DNA of 45,657 nucleotides from a virus (IMGVR_UViG_3300044971_001645:1-45657), one strand, 5' to 3'; positions 32,175 to 42,283 are shown, counted from the first letter of the stretch. Numbers and translations are program-made. The notes: a model not told the origin generated them from the letters alone.

Positions 32175-35100
32175 GTGGCCGACCAGCGGATTACTCAACT
32201 CAACCAGCTCAGCGAGGCTGATGTGGCAGCCGCTGATGTGCTGCCCATTGTTGATGTATCCGCAAGCGAAACTAAAAAAGTTACTGCCAAAGATCTGTTT
32301 GAGGCTGGCGCCGGACTGGCGGACAACAGCAGCATTGATCTTGGCAAACTCAATCAGTCCAGCACTACAAAACTTGGCACAACTGCCATTGCTGATAGTG
32401 CGGTCACTTACGCCAAGCTGCAGAACGTCAGCAGCACCGACCGCGTGTTGGGCCGTAGCTCCGCAGGCGCTGGTGTCGTACAAGAAATCACACTGACCGC
32501 CGCCGGTCGCGCCCTTATTGACGATGCGGATGCCGCCAGCCAGCGCACCACGCTTGGATTGGGCACGCTTTCAACTCAAGATGCAAGTGCGGTTGCCATT
32601 ACCGGCGGCACGATCACCGGCGGCACGATCACTGGCATCACCGACCTTGCTATTGCTGACGGCGGCACTGGTGCATCTACTGCATCAGGCGCCCGCACCA
32701 ACCTTGGCTTGGTCATCGGCACTGACGTTCAGGCATACGATGCTGGGCTTCAGTCCATTGCTGGTTTGACCACCAGCGCCGACCAGGCCATCTACACAAC
32801 TGGTGCCGATACCTACGCCACCACAAGCCTGACCAGTTTCGGTCGCTCGTTGATTGATGATGCCGACGCATCAACTGCTCGTACCACGCTAGGGCTTGGC
32901 ACAATCTCGACGCAAGCTGCTAACAGTGTTGCTATTACCGGCGGTACTGCAACGCTTAGCTTTATCAGTACGGCATCTGCCACCATTACAGGTGGCTCAG
33001 TAACTAACATTACTGATCTTGCCGTTGCTGACGGAGGTACTGGTGCATCTACTGCCTCAGGTGCACGCACTAATCTCGGATTAGTTATTGGCACCGATAT
33101 TCAAGCGTATAGCACAAGCTTGGCATCTATCGCTGGGCTAACCACTAGCGGTAATGAAATTATCTATACCACTGCAGCAAATACTTATGACATTGCAACT
33201 CTGACTGGTTTTGGTCGTTCGTTTATTGATGACGTAGATGCAGATGAAGCTCGTACCACGCTAGGGCTTGGTACGCTTGCAACTCAAAACGGCACATTTA
33301 GCGGCACCCATTCCGGCACAAGCAGCGGCACCAACACTGGCGACCAAACTATCACGCTTACTGGTGATGTAACAGGTAGTGGTACGGGCTCTTTTGCAGC
33401 AACAATCGCAAACGATGCAGTTACTACTAGCAAAATTATTGACTCGGCTATTACTACCACCAAAATCAATGCCGCTGCTGTAACTGATGCAAAGCTAGCT
33501 TCCAATAGTGCCACAGTAGTCAGCGGAAACGTCCCAGCTGGAAATGGAGCGTTTGTCGGTCAGCAGTGGCTAAATACCAATACTGGATTGAATTACGCAT
33601 GGACAGGCGCAGAGTGGCAGCAAATTGCCGCACTACAAACTGTCCATTTTTCTGATTCAACCCCACTATCTTTTGCAGTTACCAAACCAGATAATTTCAG
33701 CACCACAATTACTACTAGTCTTGACAATCAATCGGCTGCCACGGTTTTTGCAGGACCCACTACTGGAGCGGCTGCTGCTCCAACATTTAGAGCATTAGCA
33801 AGCACAGATCTGCCTATTGCTACGGCAAGTGTTAATGGTGTAGTCCAACCTGGTACTGGACTAAGTGTAACTGCTAGCGGAGTTTTAAATCACTCTAATA
33901 CCACTGCATCTGGCACATATACCAAAGTCACCGTTGATGGTGAAGGACATGTCAGCGCAGGCGCTAATCTCGTCGCCGGTGATATTCCAAGTCTTGATGC
34001 TAGCAAGATTGCTACAGGCACGTTTAGCGCATCATTGATTGCAAATGACAGTATTACTGGCCTTAAACTTGCAGATAGTTCCACCGTGCAATTCGGCGGC
34101 GCTGGATCTACTGCCGGCGTTGTAACTTTTCCAACTGCCGAATTTAAGGGTCAATACTTTTTTGACGAACTAAACGGCGATCTTTATATCTGGACGGGTT
34201 CTGCTTGGTTGCCTGTAACGATTACAAGCGGCGAATTAGTGTATGGCGGCACTTACAACGCCAGTACAAATCTCGTTGCGTCTACCACATCAGCTGGTAC
34301 GGCTGCTGGACTTACGACTGGATCAGCACTAGCCGCAGCTTCGTCTACAAATGCTCGTTATTACTTAGTTGTTTCAGTTTCAGGCACTGGCACGGGTAAT
34401 GCACCTGCAGTGGCGCTAGCGCCACCTGACATGATTTTGTCAAATGGCACAACATGGGATTTAATTGATGTTTCTAATGCTATCGCCGGTCAAACGGCCA
34501 CTAATATCAGCTTTACGCCTTACGGCGGAATTAGTGCAACCAATGTTCAAACAGCACTACAAGAACTAGACGACGAAAAACTTGCCAAAACGGGCGGCAC
34601 TGTTACCGGCGCACTTGAGATTGGAACCACGGGTTCACTGGTGTTTGAAGGTAGCACTGCGGATGCTTTTGAAACAACATTAACCGTAGTAGATCCCACA
34701 GCAGATCGAACTATTTCACTGCCTAACTCCACTGGCACCCTGATCACTACGGGTGACACCGGGGTGATTACAAGTTCAATGATCACCGATGGCACTATTG
34801 TCAATGATGATATTAGCGCCAGTGCCGGTATTGCTTACAGCAAATTAGCTGCACTATCCGCTGGTCGATTGGTTGTTGGCAATGCTAGCAATGTTGCCAC
34901 TGCAGTTGATATTACTGGCGATGTAACAATCAGTAGTTCCGGTGTTACCGCTATCAGCACAGGCGTAATTGTTAATGCCGATATCAATTCAGCTGCGGCA
35001 ATCGACGATACAAAACTCGGTATTATTAGCAGCAGCAACAAAGTAAGCCTTTCAGCTATTGACATTGACGGCGGTACTGATATTGGTACAGCACTTTCCG

Positions 35101-35747
35101 ATGCCGATTTATTTATTGTTGATGATGGCGGAGCTGGCACAAATCGCAAAGCAGCAGCAACACGCATTACTGAATATACCTTTGGCAAAGTTACTGGCGA
35201 CGTAACAATCGCAAGCAACGGCACCGCTGCTATTAGTAGTGGTGTAATTGTCGATGCGGATATTAACGCTTCTGCGGCTATTGCTGACACAAAACTTGCA
35301 ACAATTAGCACTGCAGGTAAAGTTAGTGGTACGGCTATTACATCAGGCAACATTAGTACCAGTGGCAGCTTTGCTACTACTAGCACTCTGGCAGTAGGTC
35401 AATCCAGTGCAGCAGCAAACACTGATTTTGATCTTGCTGGCACTTATGCACAGACTGTAGTCGCCATTGGTGCGCTAGCGATTAACTGCAGCACTGGTAA
35501 TTACTTTACCAAAACAATTAGTGCCAATAGTACTTTTACCGTCAGCAACGTCCCAGCGAGTCGCGCCTATGCATTTACGTTGGAGCTGACACATACCAGC
35601 GGTACGGTGACTTGGTTTAGCGGTGTAGAGTGGCCCGGAGGTATAGCGCCAACGCTAACTACTGGCAAAACGCACCTGTTTATGTTTATTACTGATGATG
35701 GCGGCACCCGCTGGCGTGCATCCTCGCTGACCAACTACACCAACTGA
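32175..35747 (+). CDS. Long tail fibre protein
   Basis: 1190 aa, T/A/G/S-rich; DQRITQL N-terminus, ARTTLGLG/ADGGTGAS repeats, YTKVTVD..GHV, IVNADINS repeats. Confidence 0.88.
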   Translation: MADQRITQLNQLSEADVAAADVLPIVDVSASETKKVTAKDLFEAGAGLADNSSIDLGKLNQSSTTKLGTTAIADSAVTYAKLQNVSSTDRVLGRSSAGAGVVQEITLTAAGRALIDDADAASQRTTLGLGTLSTQDASAVAITGGTITGGTITGITDLAIADGGTGASTASGARTNLGLVIGTDVQAYDAGLQSIAGLTTSADQAIYTTGADTYATTSLTSFGRSLIDDADASTARTTLGLGTISTQAANSVAITGGTATLSFISTASATITGGSVTNITDLAVADGGTGASTASGARTNLGLVIGTDIQAYSTSLASIAGLTTSGNEIIYTTAANTYDIATLTGFGRSFIDDVDADEARTTLGLGTLATQNGTFSGTHSGTSSGTNTGDQTITLTGDVTGSGTGSFAATIANDAVTTSKIIDSAITTTKINAAAVTDAKLASNSATVVSGNVPAGNGAFVGQQWLNTNTGLNYAWTGAEWQQIAALQTVHFSDSTPLSFAVTKPDNFSTTITTSLDNQSAATVFAGPTTGAAAAPTFRALASTDLPIATASVNGVVQPGTGLSVTASGVLNHSNTTASGTYTKVTVDGEGHVSAGANLVAGDIPSLDASKIATGTFSASLIANDSITGLKLADSSTVQFGGAGSTAGVVTFPTAEFKGQYFFDELNGDLYIWTGSAWLPVTITSGELVYGGTYNASTNLVASTTSAGTAAGLTTGSALAAASSTNARYYLVVSVSGTGTGNAPAVALAPPDMILSNGTTWDLIDVSNAIAGQTATNISFTPYGGISATNVQTALQELDDEKLAKTGGTVTGALEIGTTGSLVFEGSTADAFETTLTVVDPTADRTISLPNSTGTLITTGDTGVITSSMITDGTIVNDDISASAGIAYSKLAALSAGRLVVGNASNVATAVDITGDVTISSSGVTAISTGVIVNADINSAAAIDDTKLGIISSSNKVSLSAIDIDGGTDIGTALSDADLFIVDDGGAGTNRKAAATRITEYTFGKVTGDVTIASNGTAAISSGVIVDADINASAAIADTKLATISTAGKVSGTAITSGNISTSGSFATTSTLAVGQSSAAANTDFDLAGTYAQTVVAIGALAINCSTGNYFTKTISANSTFTVSNVPASRAYAFTLELTHTSGTVTWFSGVEWPGGIAPTLTTGKTHLFMFITDDGGTRWRASSLTNYTN
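32505..33290 (+). repeat. Internal tandem repeats of the tail fibre (units start about 32505, 32841 and 33213)
   Basis: GRxxIDDxDA..RTTLGLGT occurs three times; DLA.ADGGTGASTASGARTNLGLVIGTD occurs twice. Confidence 0.85.
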
Positions 35748-35754
35748 TAAAGCA

Positions 35755-36774
35755 ATGGACCCTATCACCCGAGCACTACTTATGGGCGCTAGTAGCGCAG
35801 AAAGAAATTACGTTGAAGACGTATTTAGTGTTCAACTTTATACCGGTAACGGATCTGGAAATCAAACAATTACAAATGGAATTAACTTAGCTGGATACGG
35901 AGGTGCAGTGTGGTCAAAATCTCGATCCGCAGCGGAAGATCACAGAGTTAATTCTAGCGCATACTCTTCAGTTTCTCTTAGAACAAATTTAGCAAACGCC
36001 ACAATTAGTTACAGCTGTAGTCCCGTTTTTACATCTACTGGTTATACCCTTAGTGGCAGCAGTGGAGGTACGATCGGAATCAATACCAGCGGTGTAACTT
36101 ATGTTTCTTGGAGCTTCCGCAAAGCTACAAATTTTTTTGATGTACTTACATACATAGGTGATGGCGCTAACCGCACCATTGCTCACAATTTGGGCAGCGT
36201 CCCTGGAATGATTATCATTAAACGAAGAGACGCTTCAGGAGATTGGCAAGTTTATCATCGCAGCTTAGCCAATACTGAATACACAGTCCTTAACAGCACA
36301 GCAGCAAAAGCAACTGGCGCCACGCTTTGGAACTCAACCACGCCAACGAGCTCTGTGTTCAGCCTTGGTACTGATGCCACAGTTAACGCATCCGGAGGCT
36401 ATTACGTTGCTTACCTTTTTGCGCATGATGCTGGCGGATTTGGTGATAGCAGCGCAGATAGCGTTACTAACTGTGGCAGTTACACAGGCAATGGCAGCAC
36501 TACGGGACCTACGGTTACTCTTGGATGGGAACCGCAGTGGCTATTGATTAAACGCACCGATTCCACGGGAGATTGGCAGTTAATAGACAGCACACGTGGT
36601 TTTGTAGTTAGTGGCACTGATGCAGAACTAAATCCAAATTTAAATAATGCCGAAAGCACCGGCACTTTTGTATCACCACTTTCTACTGGTTTTCAACTCA
36701 ACACCACAGACGTTGGCTACAACGCCTCTGGCGGCAGTTACATCTATGTCGCCATCCGCAAGCCAGCGGCCTAA
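35755..36774 (+). CDS. Fibre-associated protein with YTGNG repeats
   Basis: Three YTGNG/YIGDG...W..K.R...W units. Confidence 0.75.
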   Translation: MDPITRALLMGASSAERNYVEDVFSVQLYTGNGSGNQTITNGINLAGYGGAVWSKSRSAAEDHRVNSSAYSSVSLRTNLANATISYSCSPVFTSTGYTLSGSSGGTIGINTSGVTYVSWSFRKATNFFDVLTYIGDGANRTIAHNLGSVPGMIIIKRRDASGDWQVYHRSLANTEYTVLNSTAAKATGATLWNSTTPTSSVFSLGTDATVNASGGYYVAYLFAHDAGGFGDSSADSVTNCGSYTGNGSTTGPTVTLGWEPQWLLIKRTDSTGDWQLIDSTRGFVVSGTDAELNPNLNNAESTGTFVSPLSTGFQLNTTDVGYNASGGSYIYVAIRKPAA

Positions 36775-36798
36775 ACTCTAACCAACAAAGCACTTGCC

Positions 36799-37251
36799 AT
36801 GTACGTCCTAGCTTTCGGTACAGTCGTCAAGCGGTTTCCTTATTCGGTAACTGAATTACGGCGCGACAATCCAAATGTTAGCTTTCCGCAAGATCTTAGC
36901 AATGAAGAATTAGCTGTCTGGAATGTTTATCCAGTCGTACCAAAAGACGCGCCGACGCACAATAACGCAACGGAAAATTGCGTTATGGTCAACCCTATTT
37001 TGCAAAAAAACCAATGGGTGCAGCAGTGGCTTGTAACGCCTGCAACGCCAGCGGAAGTTGCAAAACGCGCAGAAAGGCAGTGCGCCGATATTCGAGCTGA
37101 TCGCAACAGGCGGTTAGCTGATTGCGATTGGACGCAAGTTTCGGATTCCCCAGTGGACCGGGCAGCTTGGGCTAGCTATCGGCAAGAGCTGCGTGACGTG
37201 ACAAAACAGCCTGGATTTCCGTGGGAAATCACTTGGCCTGCTACCCCTTAA
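36799..37251 (+). CDS. Tail fibre assembly chaperone
   Basis: LRRDNPNVSFP; RNRRLADCDWTQ...W..YRQELRD.T.Q.GFP..I.WP. Confidence 0.85.
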   Translation: MYVLAFGTVVKRFPYSVTELRRDNPNVSFPQDLSNEELAVWNVYPVVPKDAPTHNNATENCVMVNPILQKNQWVQQWLVTPATPAEVAKRAERQCADIRADRNRRLADCDWTQVSDSPVDRAAWASYRQELRDVTKQPGFPWEITWPATP

Positions 37252-37260
37252 AATTGAACC

Positions 37261-37599
37261 ATGGCTATCTCACCCGGCACGTACAACATCAGCCTGCAAC
37301 GCCGGGCGGACTACAGCATCACGCTGCAGTTCAAAGACAGCACTGGTGCACCAATCAACCTGACTGGCTGGACCGTCGCTGCTCAAGCTTGGAATCAAGG
37401 ACGCACCACAAAATACGCTGACTTTACTATTACTTACACAAATCGTGCTACAGGTACTGTTGCCATCGCATTAACCGACGATCAAACGGCAACATTTCCA
37501 AACGAAGCGTACTACGACGTACTTTTAACAAATCCTAGTGGTCTTAAAGAATACTACCTTGAAGGCACTATTTACGTAAGCGAGGGTTATACCGGATGA
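37261..37599 (+). CDS. Virion accessory protein (BppU-like Ig fold)
   Basis: PINLTGWT, YYDVLL, YLEG.I.V..G.T. Confidence 0.7.
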   Translation: MAISPGTYNISLQRRADYSITLQFKDSTGAPINLTGWTVAAQAWNQGRTTKYADFTITYTNRATGTVAIALTDDQTATFPNEAYYDVLLTNPSGLKEYYLEGTIYVSEGYTG

Positions 37600-37922
37600 C
37601 TTCTGTAAACATCAGTAGCGTCAGTAATACAGTCGTTGTTACAGAAAACGGCAGTAGCACGGTCGTCACCGTTCCCGTAACCAGCACCGTGACTGCAGTC
37701 ACACAAGGTCCACAAGGTCCTGCTGGTGGGGCTGCTTTTGTGTACCAGCAAGTTACTCCGGCAACAACGTGGACCATTAACCACAATCTTGGCTATAAAC
37801 CGTCTGTTGAGTTACTTGACAGTGGAAGCCAAGAAATTGATGGCGACGTGGCACATCCAAACGATAACCAGACCGTTGTTACACTGAATCCAGCATCCGC
37901 TGGGCTAGCCCGCTTGATCTGA
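37596..37922 (+). CDS. Putative virion/fibre protein
   Basis: GPQGPAG collagen-like triplets, WTINHNLG..PSV. Confidence 0.7.
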   Translation: MTSVNISSVSNTVVVTENGSSTVVTVPVTSTVTAVTQGPQGPAGGAAFVYQQVTPATTWTINHNLGYKPSVELLDSGSQEIDGDVAHPNDNQTVVTLNPASAGLARLI

Positions 37923-37923
37923 C

Positions 37924-38715
37924 ATGGCTCGCAAGTTTTTTACCGATCTTGACTTACAGAGCACGTCAAAGATCATCAACGTTCCAACGCCCAGCGCAGC
38001 TGGCGATGCAGTACCCAAGTCCTACGTGGACTCAGCCATCGAAGGTCTTGCGTGGAAAGATAGCGTCCGCGTCAGCACCCAAAGCAACATCAACCTAGCC
38101 AGCCCCGGCGCCACGATTGATGGCATCACAATGGCGTCCCAGGACCGTGTACTGGTCCGCAATCAATCCACGCAGAGCCAAAACGGCATTTATGTGTGGA
38201 ATGGGGCCTCTACGGCGATGACCCGTTCGCTTGATGCGAGCACTTTTGCAGAACTGGAACAAGCAATTACTACTGTTGAGGAAGGTACCGATGCCGGCAC
38301 AACTTGGCGTCAGACCCAAATCAACGGCACGATTGACAGCAGCAACGTCATTTGGACTTCATTCGCCACTGCAGCACCTGCTGCTAGCGAAACCACTGCT
38401 GGCATTGCGGAGCTTGCTACTCAGGCGGAAACCGACGCTGGCACCGACGACCTGCGGATCGTCACCCCGCTCAAGCTGGCCAACTGGTCTGGGCGTCTGC
38501 GGAAATACGCGGTAAATATCGGCGACGGCAGTGCTACCAGCTACACCATCACCCATAGCCTCAATACCCGCGACGTAATTGTGCGAGTGTTCCCCAACTC
38601 CGGTCAATACGACGACGTTGAGGTGGATGTGCAGCGTCCAACTACTACGACCTGCACACTGGTATTTGCGACTGCACCGGCATCTAACGCCTACCGCGTG
38701 GTGGTACTGGGCTGA
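37924..38715 (+). CDS. Putative fibre protein
   Basis: DA..KSYVD, DRVLVRNQ....NGIYV, ASETTAGIAELATQAE, ITHSLNTRDV. Confidence 0.75.
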   Translation: MARKFFTDLDLQSTSKIINVPTPSAAGDAVPKSYVDSAIEGLAWKDSVRVSTQSNINLASPGATIDGITMASQDRVLVRNQSTQSQNGIYVWNGASTAMTRSLDASTFAELEQAITTVEEGTDAGTTWRQTQINGTIDSSNVIWTSFATAAPAASETTAGIAELATQAETDAGTDDLRIVTPLKLANWSGRLRKYAVNIGDGSATSYTITHSLNTRDVIVRVFPNSGQYDDVEVDVQRPTTTTCTLVFATAPASNAYRVVVLG

Positions 38716-38939
38716 TGGCACGCAAGTTTCTCAACGGCGTTGATCTGGTCAATCAGCTGGTAACAGCGATTGGCGCTCAGATGAGCACCGGCAAGCTGCT
38801 GGGGCGCAGCACTGCCGGTAGCGGCGCCATTGAAGAGATCACCATTGGATCAGGACTGTCGTTGTCCGCTGGTACGCTGAGCGCAACCGGAGGCGGATCG
38901 GTTGGCGTTGACCCCGTGATAGCCGGAATGATCTTCTAA
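38715..38939 (+). CDS. Small fibre-associated protein
   Basis: 74 aa; LLGRSTAGSGAIEEIT; TGATG coupling. Confidence 0.65.
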   Translation: MARKFLNGVDLVNQLVTAIGAQMSTGKLLGRSTAGSGAIEEITIGSGLSLSAGTLSATGGGSVGVDPVIAGMIF

Positions 38940-39298
38940 TGGCAGCACCCAACCTCAAGTCACCGACGACGATCCTGGGGCGCACGGCTCGATACGCCGT
39001 CACCACCAGCTTGGCTGCGGCACTCAGCAACAGCGCGGCTAGCGGAAAGGTGCTCAAGATCAACAGCATCTTCTGTGCCAACGTTGACGGCGTGAACGCT
39101 GCGGACATCAGTGTCAGTGTCTACAACGGCACGACGGATCGCTACATCGCTTTCACGATTACCGTACCTGCCGATGCCACGCAGGTGCTTAGCACCAAAG
39201 AGACCTACTTCTACCTAGAAGAAGGCGACTCGATCCGCGCCTTGGCCTCTGCCGCAGGCGATCTTGAGTTGGTCATTGGCTACGAGGAGATCAGCTGA
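38939..39298 (+). CDS. Putative virion protein
   Basis: 119 aa; ANVDG, VPADAT, YLEEGD, YEEIS. Confidence 0.72.
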   Translation: MAAPNLKSPTTILGRTARYAVTTSLAAALSNSAASGKVLKINSIFCANVDGVNAADISVSVYNGTTDRYIAFTITVPADATQVLSTKETYFYLEEGDSIRALASAAGDLELVIGYEEIS

Positions 39299-40947
39299 TG
39301 CGTCTTGGACTGATCGGCGGCACTGATAGCAAGCGCACATCAGGCGTCTACCAGCCTGAGGATGTCGTGGCATTGCAAGATGCCAAGAAGTACGTGAGTC
39401 GTTTTGGTTACGACGGTGTATTCAATGCACTGGCAAGCTCTGGCATTGAAGAAGGTTTTGACGTTAGTCGTGATGGACGGTATGTATATGTTGCGGTACG
39501 TGGGACCAGAACTACTGCCATCATTTTCCAGTACGAGTGCTCAACGCCTTGGGATCTCTCGACCATCACCTATTCAAGCAAGAGCTTGGTAGTTGGTGAT
39601 TGGGAACTTAGCTGCAACGGTATTGCAATTAGCGATAATGGTACAAGGTTGTTCTTCACTGGACTTTCTGCTGCCGTCTGGTCGTGTACGTTGTCCACGC
39701 CTTACGATCTTGCTACGGCCACGGTTGATGTAAAAAGGGCGTACGTCAGCACGCAAGATGGATTCCCTAATAGTCCCATCTTCGGTGATAGTGGCACCAA
39801 GATGTACGTTTTGGGTAACTCCAACGATACGGTGTATCAATACACACTGAGCACTGCGTGGGATGTCAGCACAGCTACTTACGCTAGCAAGAGCTTCAGT
39901 GTCACCACTCAAGATACCAACCCACAGGGCATCTTTTTCAAGAGTGATGGCCTGACTTTTTATATGGTCGGAGCAACCAACGACACGGTGTATCGATATA
40001 CGTTGAGTACCGCTTGGGACATTGCTACTGCAAGTTATGCCAGTAAAAGCAAAGCAGTTGGCACAGAAGAAACAAACCCTACTGCAGTGTTCTTTAAGCC
40101 TGATGGACTCAAGATGTACGTTATTGGTCAAACCGGTGACGATGTTAATGAGTACGACCTAAGCACGGCATGGGATGTCAGCACGGCTAGCTTTTTGCGT
40201 GTCTCTGCCGCTGTAGGAGAAAGTGCACCGACTGGCCTGTGGTTTAAGGATGACGGCACCAAGATGTACGTTACAGGTCAAACCAATGATGCCGTGCGTG
40301 AGTTCACGCTGTCAACAGCTTGGAACGTATCAACGATTTCATTCTCCAAGTCGCTTGCAGTTGGATTTGAAGCCACCCCTACGGGCATTACATTCAAAGA
40401 CAATGGCACTGAAATATACATCCTAGGGCGAACAACCGACTGCGTTTTTGAGATTCAGCTCGGCACGGCATGGGATGTCGGTACGGCAAAAGGTTTTATT
40501 TACGTTGGCGGCACTGAAACCGCGCCAAGAGGTATTCACATAAACAGCGATGGGACACTTTTGTTTTTGACTGGCGGCAGTAATAACGTCCGCAAATACA
40601 CATTATCAACCGCCTATGAATTAGGCACGGCGACGTTATCTCAAAGTTTTGCTATTACAGGCACACTAGGCGTTCATGTGACTGCGGATGGATTGCGGAT
40701 TTATGTGACCTTAGGCAGCGGTGGACTAAACCCTGCAGGCGGCAGGCAAGTTCGACAAATTACGCTTACATCTCCGAACGATTTAACGACAGCAACGCTT
40801 AGTACAGTTGAGCTAATTCCTTTACTTGGACTAACTGGAGCAGCTGCTACTCCATGGGGGGTCCGTGTTTCTCCCGATGGCACCCGCATGTTTGTGCTGT
40901 CTGATGTTACTCAAGGCATGTACCAATTCTCCCTGAGGTTTGCATGA
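39298..40947 (+). CDS. Beta-propeller repeat protein (putative receptor-binding)
   Basis: About ten units of DGTKMYV.G...D.V.QY.LSTAWDVSTA. Confidence 0.8.
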   Translation: MRLGLIGGTDSKRTSGVYQPEDVVALQDAKKYVSRFGYDGVFNALASSGIEEGFDVSRDGRYVYVAVRGTRTTAIIFQYECSTPWDLSTITYSSKSLVVGDWELSCNGIAISDNGTRLFFTGLSAAVWSCTLSTPYDLATATVDVKRAYVSTQDGFPNSPIFGDSGTKMYVLGNSNDTVYQYTLSTAWDVSTATYASKSFSVTTQDTNPQGIFFKSDGLTFYMVGATNDTVYRYTLSTAWDIATASYASKSKAVGTEETNPTAVFFKPDGLKMYVIGQTGDDVNEYDLSTAWDVSTASFLRVSAAVGESAPTGLWFKDDGTKMYVTGQTNDAVREFTLSTAWNVSTISFSKSLAVGFEATPTGITFKDNGTEIYILGRTTDCVFEIQLGTAWDVGTAKGFIYVGGTETAPRGIHINSDGTLLFLTGGSNNVRKYTLSTAYELGTATLSQSFAITGTLGVHVTADGLRIYVTLGSGGLNPAGGRQVRQITLTSPNDLTTATLSTVELIPLLGLTGAAATPWGVRVSPDGTRMFVLSDVTQGMYQFSLRFA

Positions 40948-41288
40948 TGCTCTACTCCTTCAACGGCAACCGCCCTGCGCCCCTTCCCTTCCGCATCACG
41001 CTGCCCAACGGCTTCACCCGCACCGATCCGAGCACGTTCACCGAAGACGAAATCACCGCTGCAGGCTTCACTGGCCCGTACACCGAGCCTGCCTACGACC
41101 CCATCACGCAGCAGATCGACTGGGTGGACGGTGCCTACGCCGTGGTCGCCAGACCACCAGCACCGCCTGAGCCCGAACCGCTAGATCTCACCGCAACAGC
41201 CAACGGCATCCTTGCTGCTGCCGCCACTGGCGATGCTGCATTGTTGGCCAATCTGCTAGAACACCTATTGATTGCGGCTCGTCAGTAA
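40944..41288 (+). CDS. Putative fibre chaperone/adaptor
   Basis: P.PLPFRI.L..G.TRTDPSTFT.DEI..AG, YDP.TQ..W. Confidence 0.65.
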   Translation: MMLYSFNGNRPAPLPFRITLPNGFTRTDPSTFTEDEITAAGFTGPYTEPAYDPITQQIDWVDGAYAVVARPPAPPEPEPLDLTATANGILAAAATGDAALLANLLEHLLIAARQ

Positions 41289-41422
41289 TGGCTGTAAAAA
41301 GTAAAACTTCACTGGGTCGCGTCGAGCACCAAGCTGGCAAGCCCAAAAAGACCCGGCAAGGTCAAGGACAAAACAGCTTGCCTAGTCATGGTAGAAAGAA
41401 AACACGAGGTCAGGGACGCTAA
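41288..41422 (+). CDS. Small basic peptide, 44 aa (RGQG family; not in ORF track)
   Basis: MAVKSKTSLGRVEHQAGKPKKTRQGQGQNSLPSHGRKKTRGQGR; TAATG coupling. Confidence 0.7.
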   Translation: MAVKSKTSLGRVEHQAGKPKKTRQGQGQNSLPSHGRKKTRGQGR

Positions 41423-41453
41423 ATTAGGAAAAAGGTCGGCAGTGTGCCTCGCA

Positions 41454-41708
41454 ATGGATCACCACGAAGAGGCAACCATCCACGCCGAACCACCTAATAA
41501 CCCGTTTAACCAAGCCGTCCCAGCCCTTTTGACCGCAGCGGTCTTAGGTTTGGGCGGTCTTTTTATGCAAGTCGCAAAGCTCGATCAGTCAGTAGGAACT
41601 GTTGCCGCTGATATTCAAGAACTTAAAAACGACAGTAAGGAACGTCTAGCCGACCTTGAATCTCGTGTTCGTCAAATTGAAATGACCGTCGGCAATCAAA
41701 ACAAATGA
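41454..41708 (+). CDS. Membrane-anchored coiled-coil protein (lysis-associated?)
   Basis: One transmembrane segment (AVPALLTAAVLGLGGLFM) followed by a coiled coil. Confidence 0.7.
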   Translation: MDHHEEATIHAEPPNNPFNQAVPALLTAAVLGLGGLFMQVAKLDQSVGTVAADIQELKNDSKERLADLESRVRQIEMTVGNQNK

Positions 41709-41887
41709 GCGTCGTCCACACCACCGACTTCGGTAACGGCTACACCTTGGACCAGCTGGAGAACGAACGCGGTGAACTGTATTACCGCGCCTGCCTAAAC
41801 AGCGTTTGCCGCTACGCCGAAGACCACTACATCGCAATGATGTATCTCGAAGGCATGGGCTGGAATCCTAAAGCAGACCACCAGTAA
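41705..41887 (+). CDS. Hypothetical protein
   Basis: 60 aa, ATGA coupling, YYRAC..VCRYAED. Confidence 0.7.
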   Translation: MSVVHTTDFGNGYTLDQLENERGELYYRACLNSVCRYAEDHYIAMMYLEGMGWNPKADHQ

Positions 41888-42185
41888 TCCACTGCACAAT
41901 CGCATCCTCCCGATGCGGCTCCCAAAACGACTGATCTCTGTACCACTCAATCCAGTCCTCAGCCGACTTCGAGATATTGCACGCAAAACAGCACGCCACC
42001 AAGTTCTGCTGGTGCGTATGACCACCCCGCATCTTGGGGTGTACGTGATCCAGTGTCGCCGACCGTCCTAAGTCCACAGAACAATAGGCACATTTGTTCT
42101 GCCAATGTTTAAGAATTGATTGCCTAAATCGCGCCTTTGCTTCTTTTTTGTTTAAGTATTCGCCATCTTCAATGCGATGGTCCAT
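41868..42185 (-). CDS. HNH endonuclease
   Basis: CAYC...TLDHVHPK..GG....NLVACC..CN.SK. Confidence 0.9.
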   Translation of the reverse strand: MDHRIEDGEYLNKKEAKARFRQSILKHWQNKCAYCSVDLGRSATLDHVHPKMRGGHTHQQNLVACCFACNISKSAEDWIEWYRDQSFWEPHREDAIVQWITGGLL

Positions 42186-42283
42186 ACCCAGCAGTGGCTG
42201 CACAGAATGTAGCGGTAGAAACTATTACGCGCACTGGTCCTCTTTTCTAGTACAGCTAAACTCAAGAAAAGCCGTAGCTTTTT

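Noticed and set aside
32505-33290. Diversity-generating retroelement template/variable repeat pair in the fibre gene
   Set aside because: The repeats are in-frame protein repeats with general synonymous divergence rather than adenine-specific changes, and no reverse transcriptase was found.
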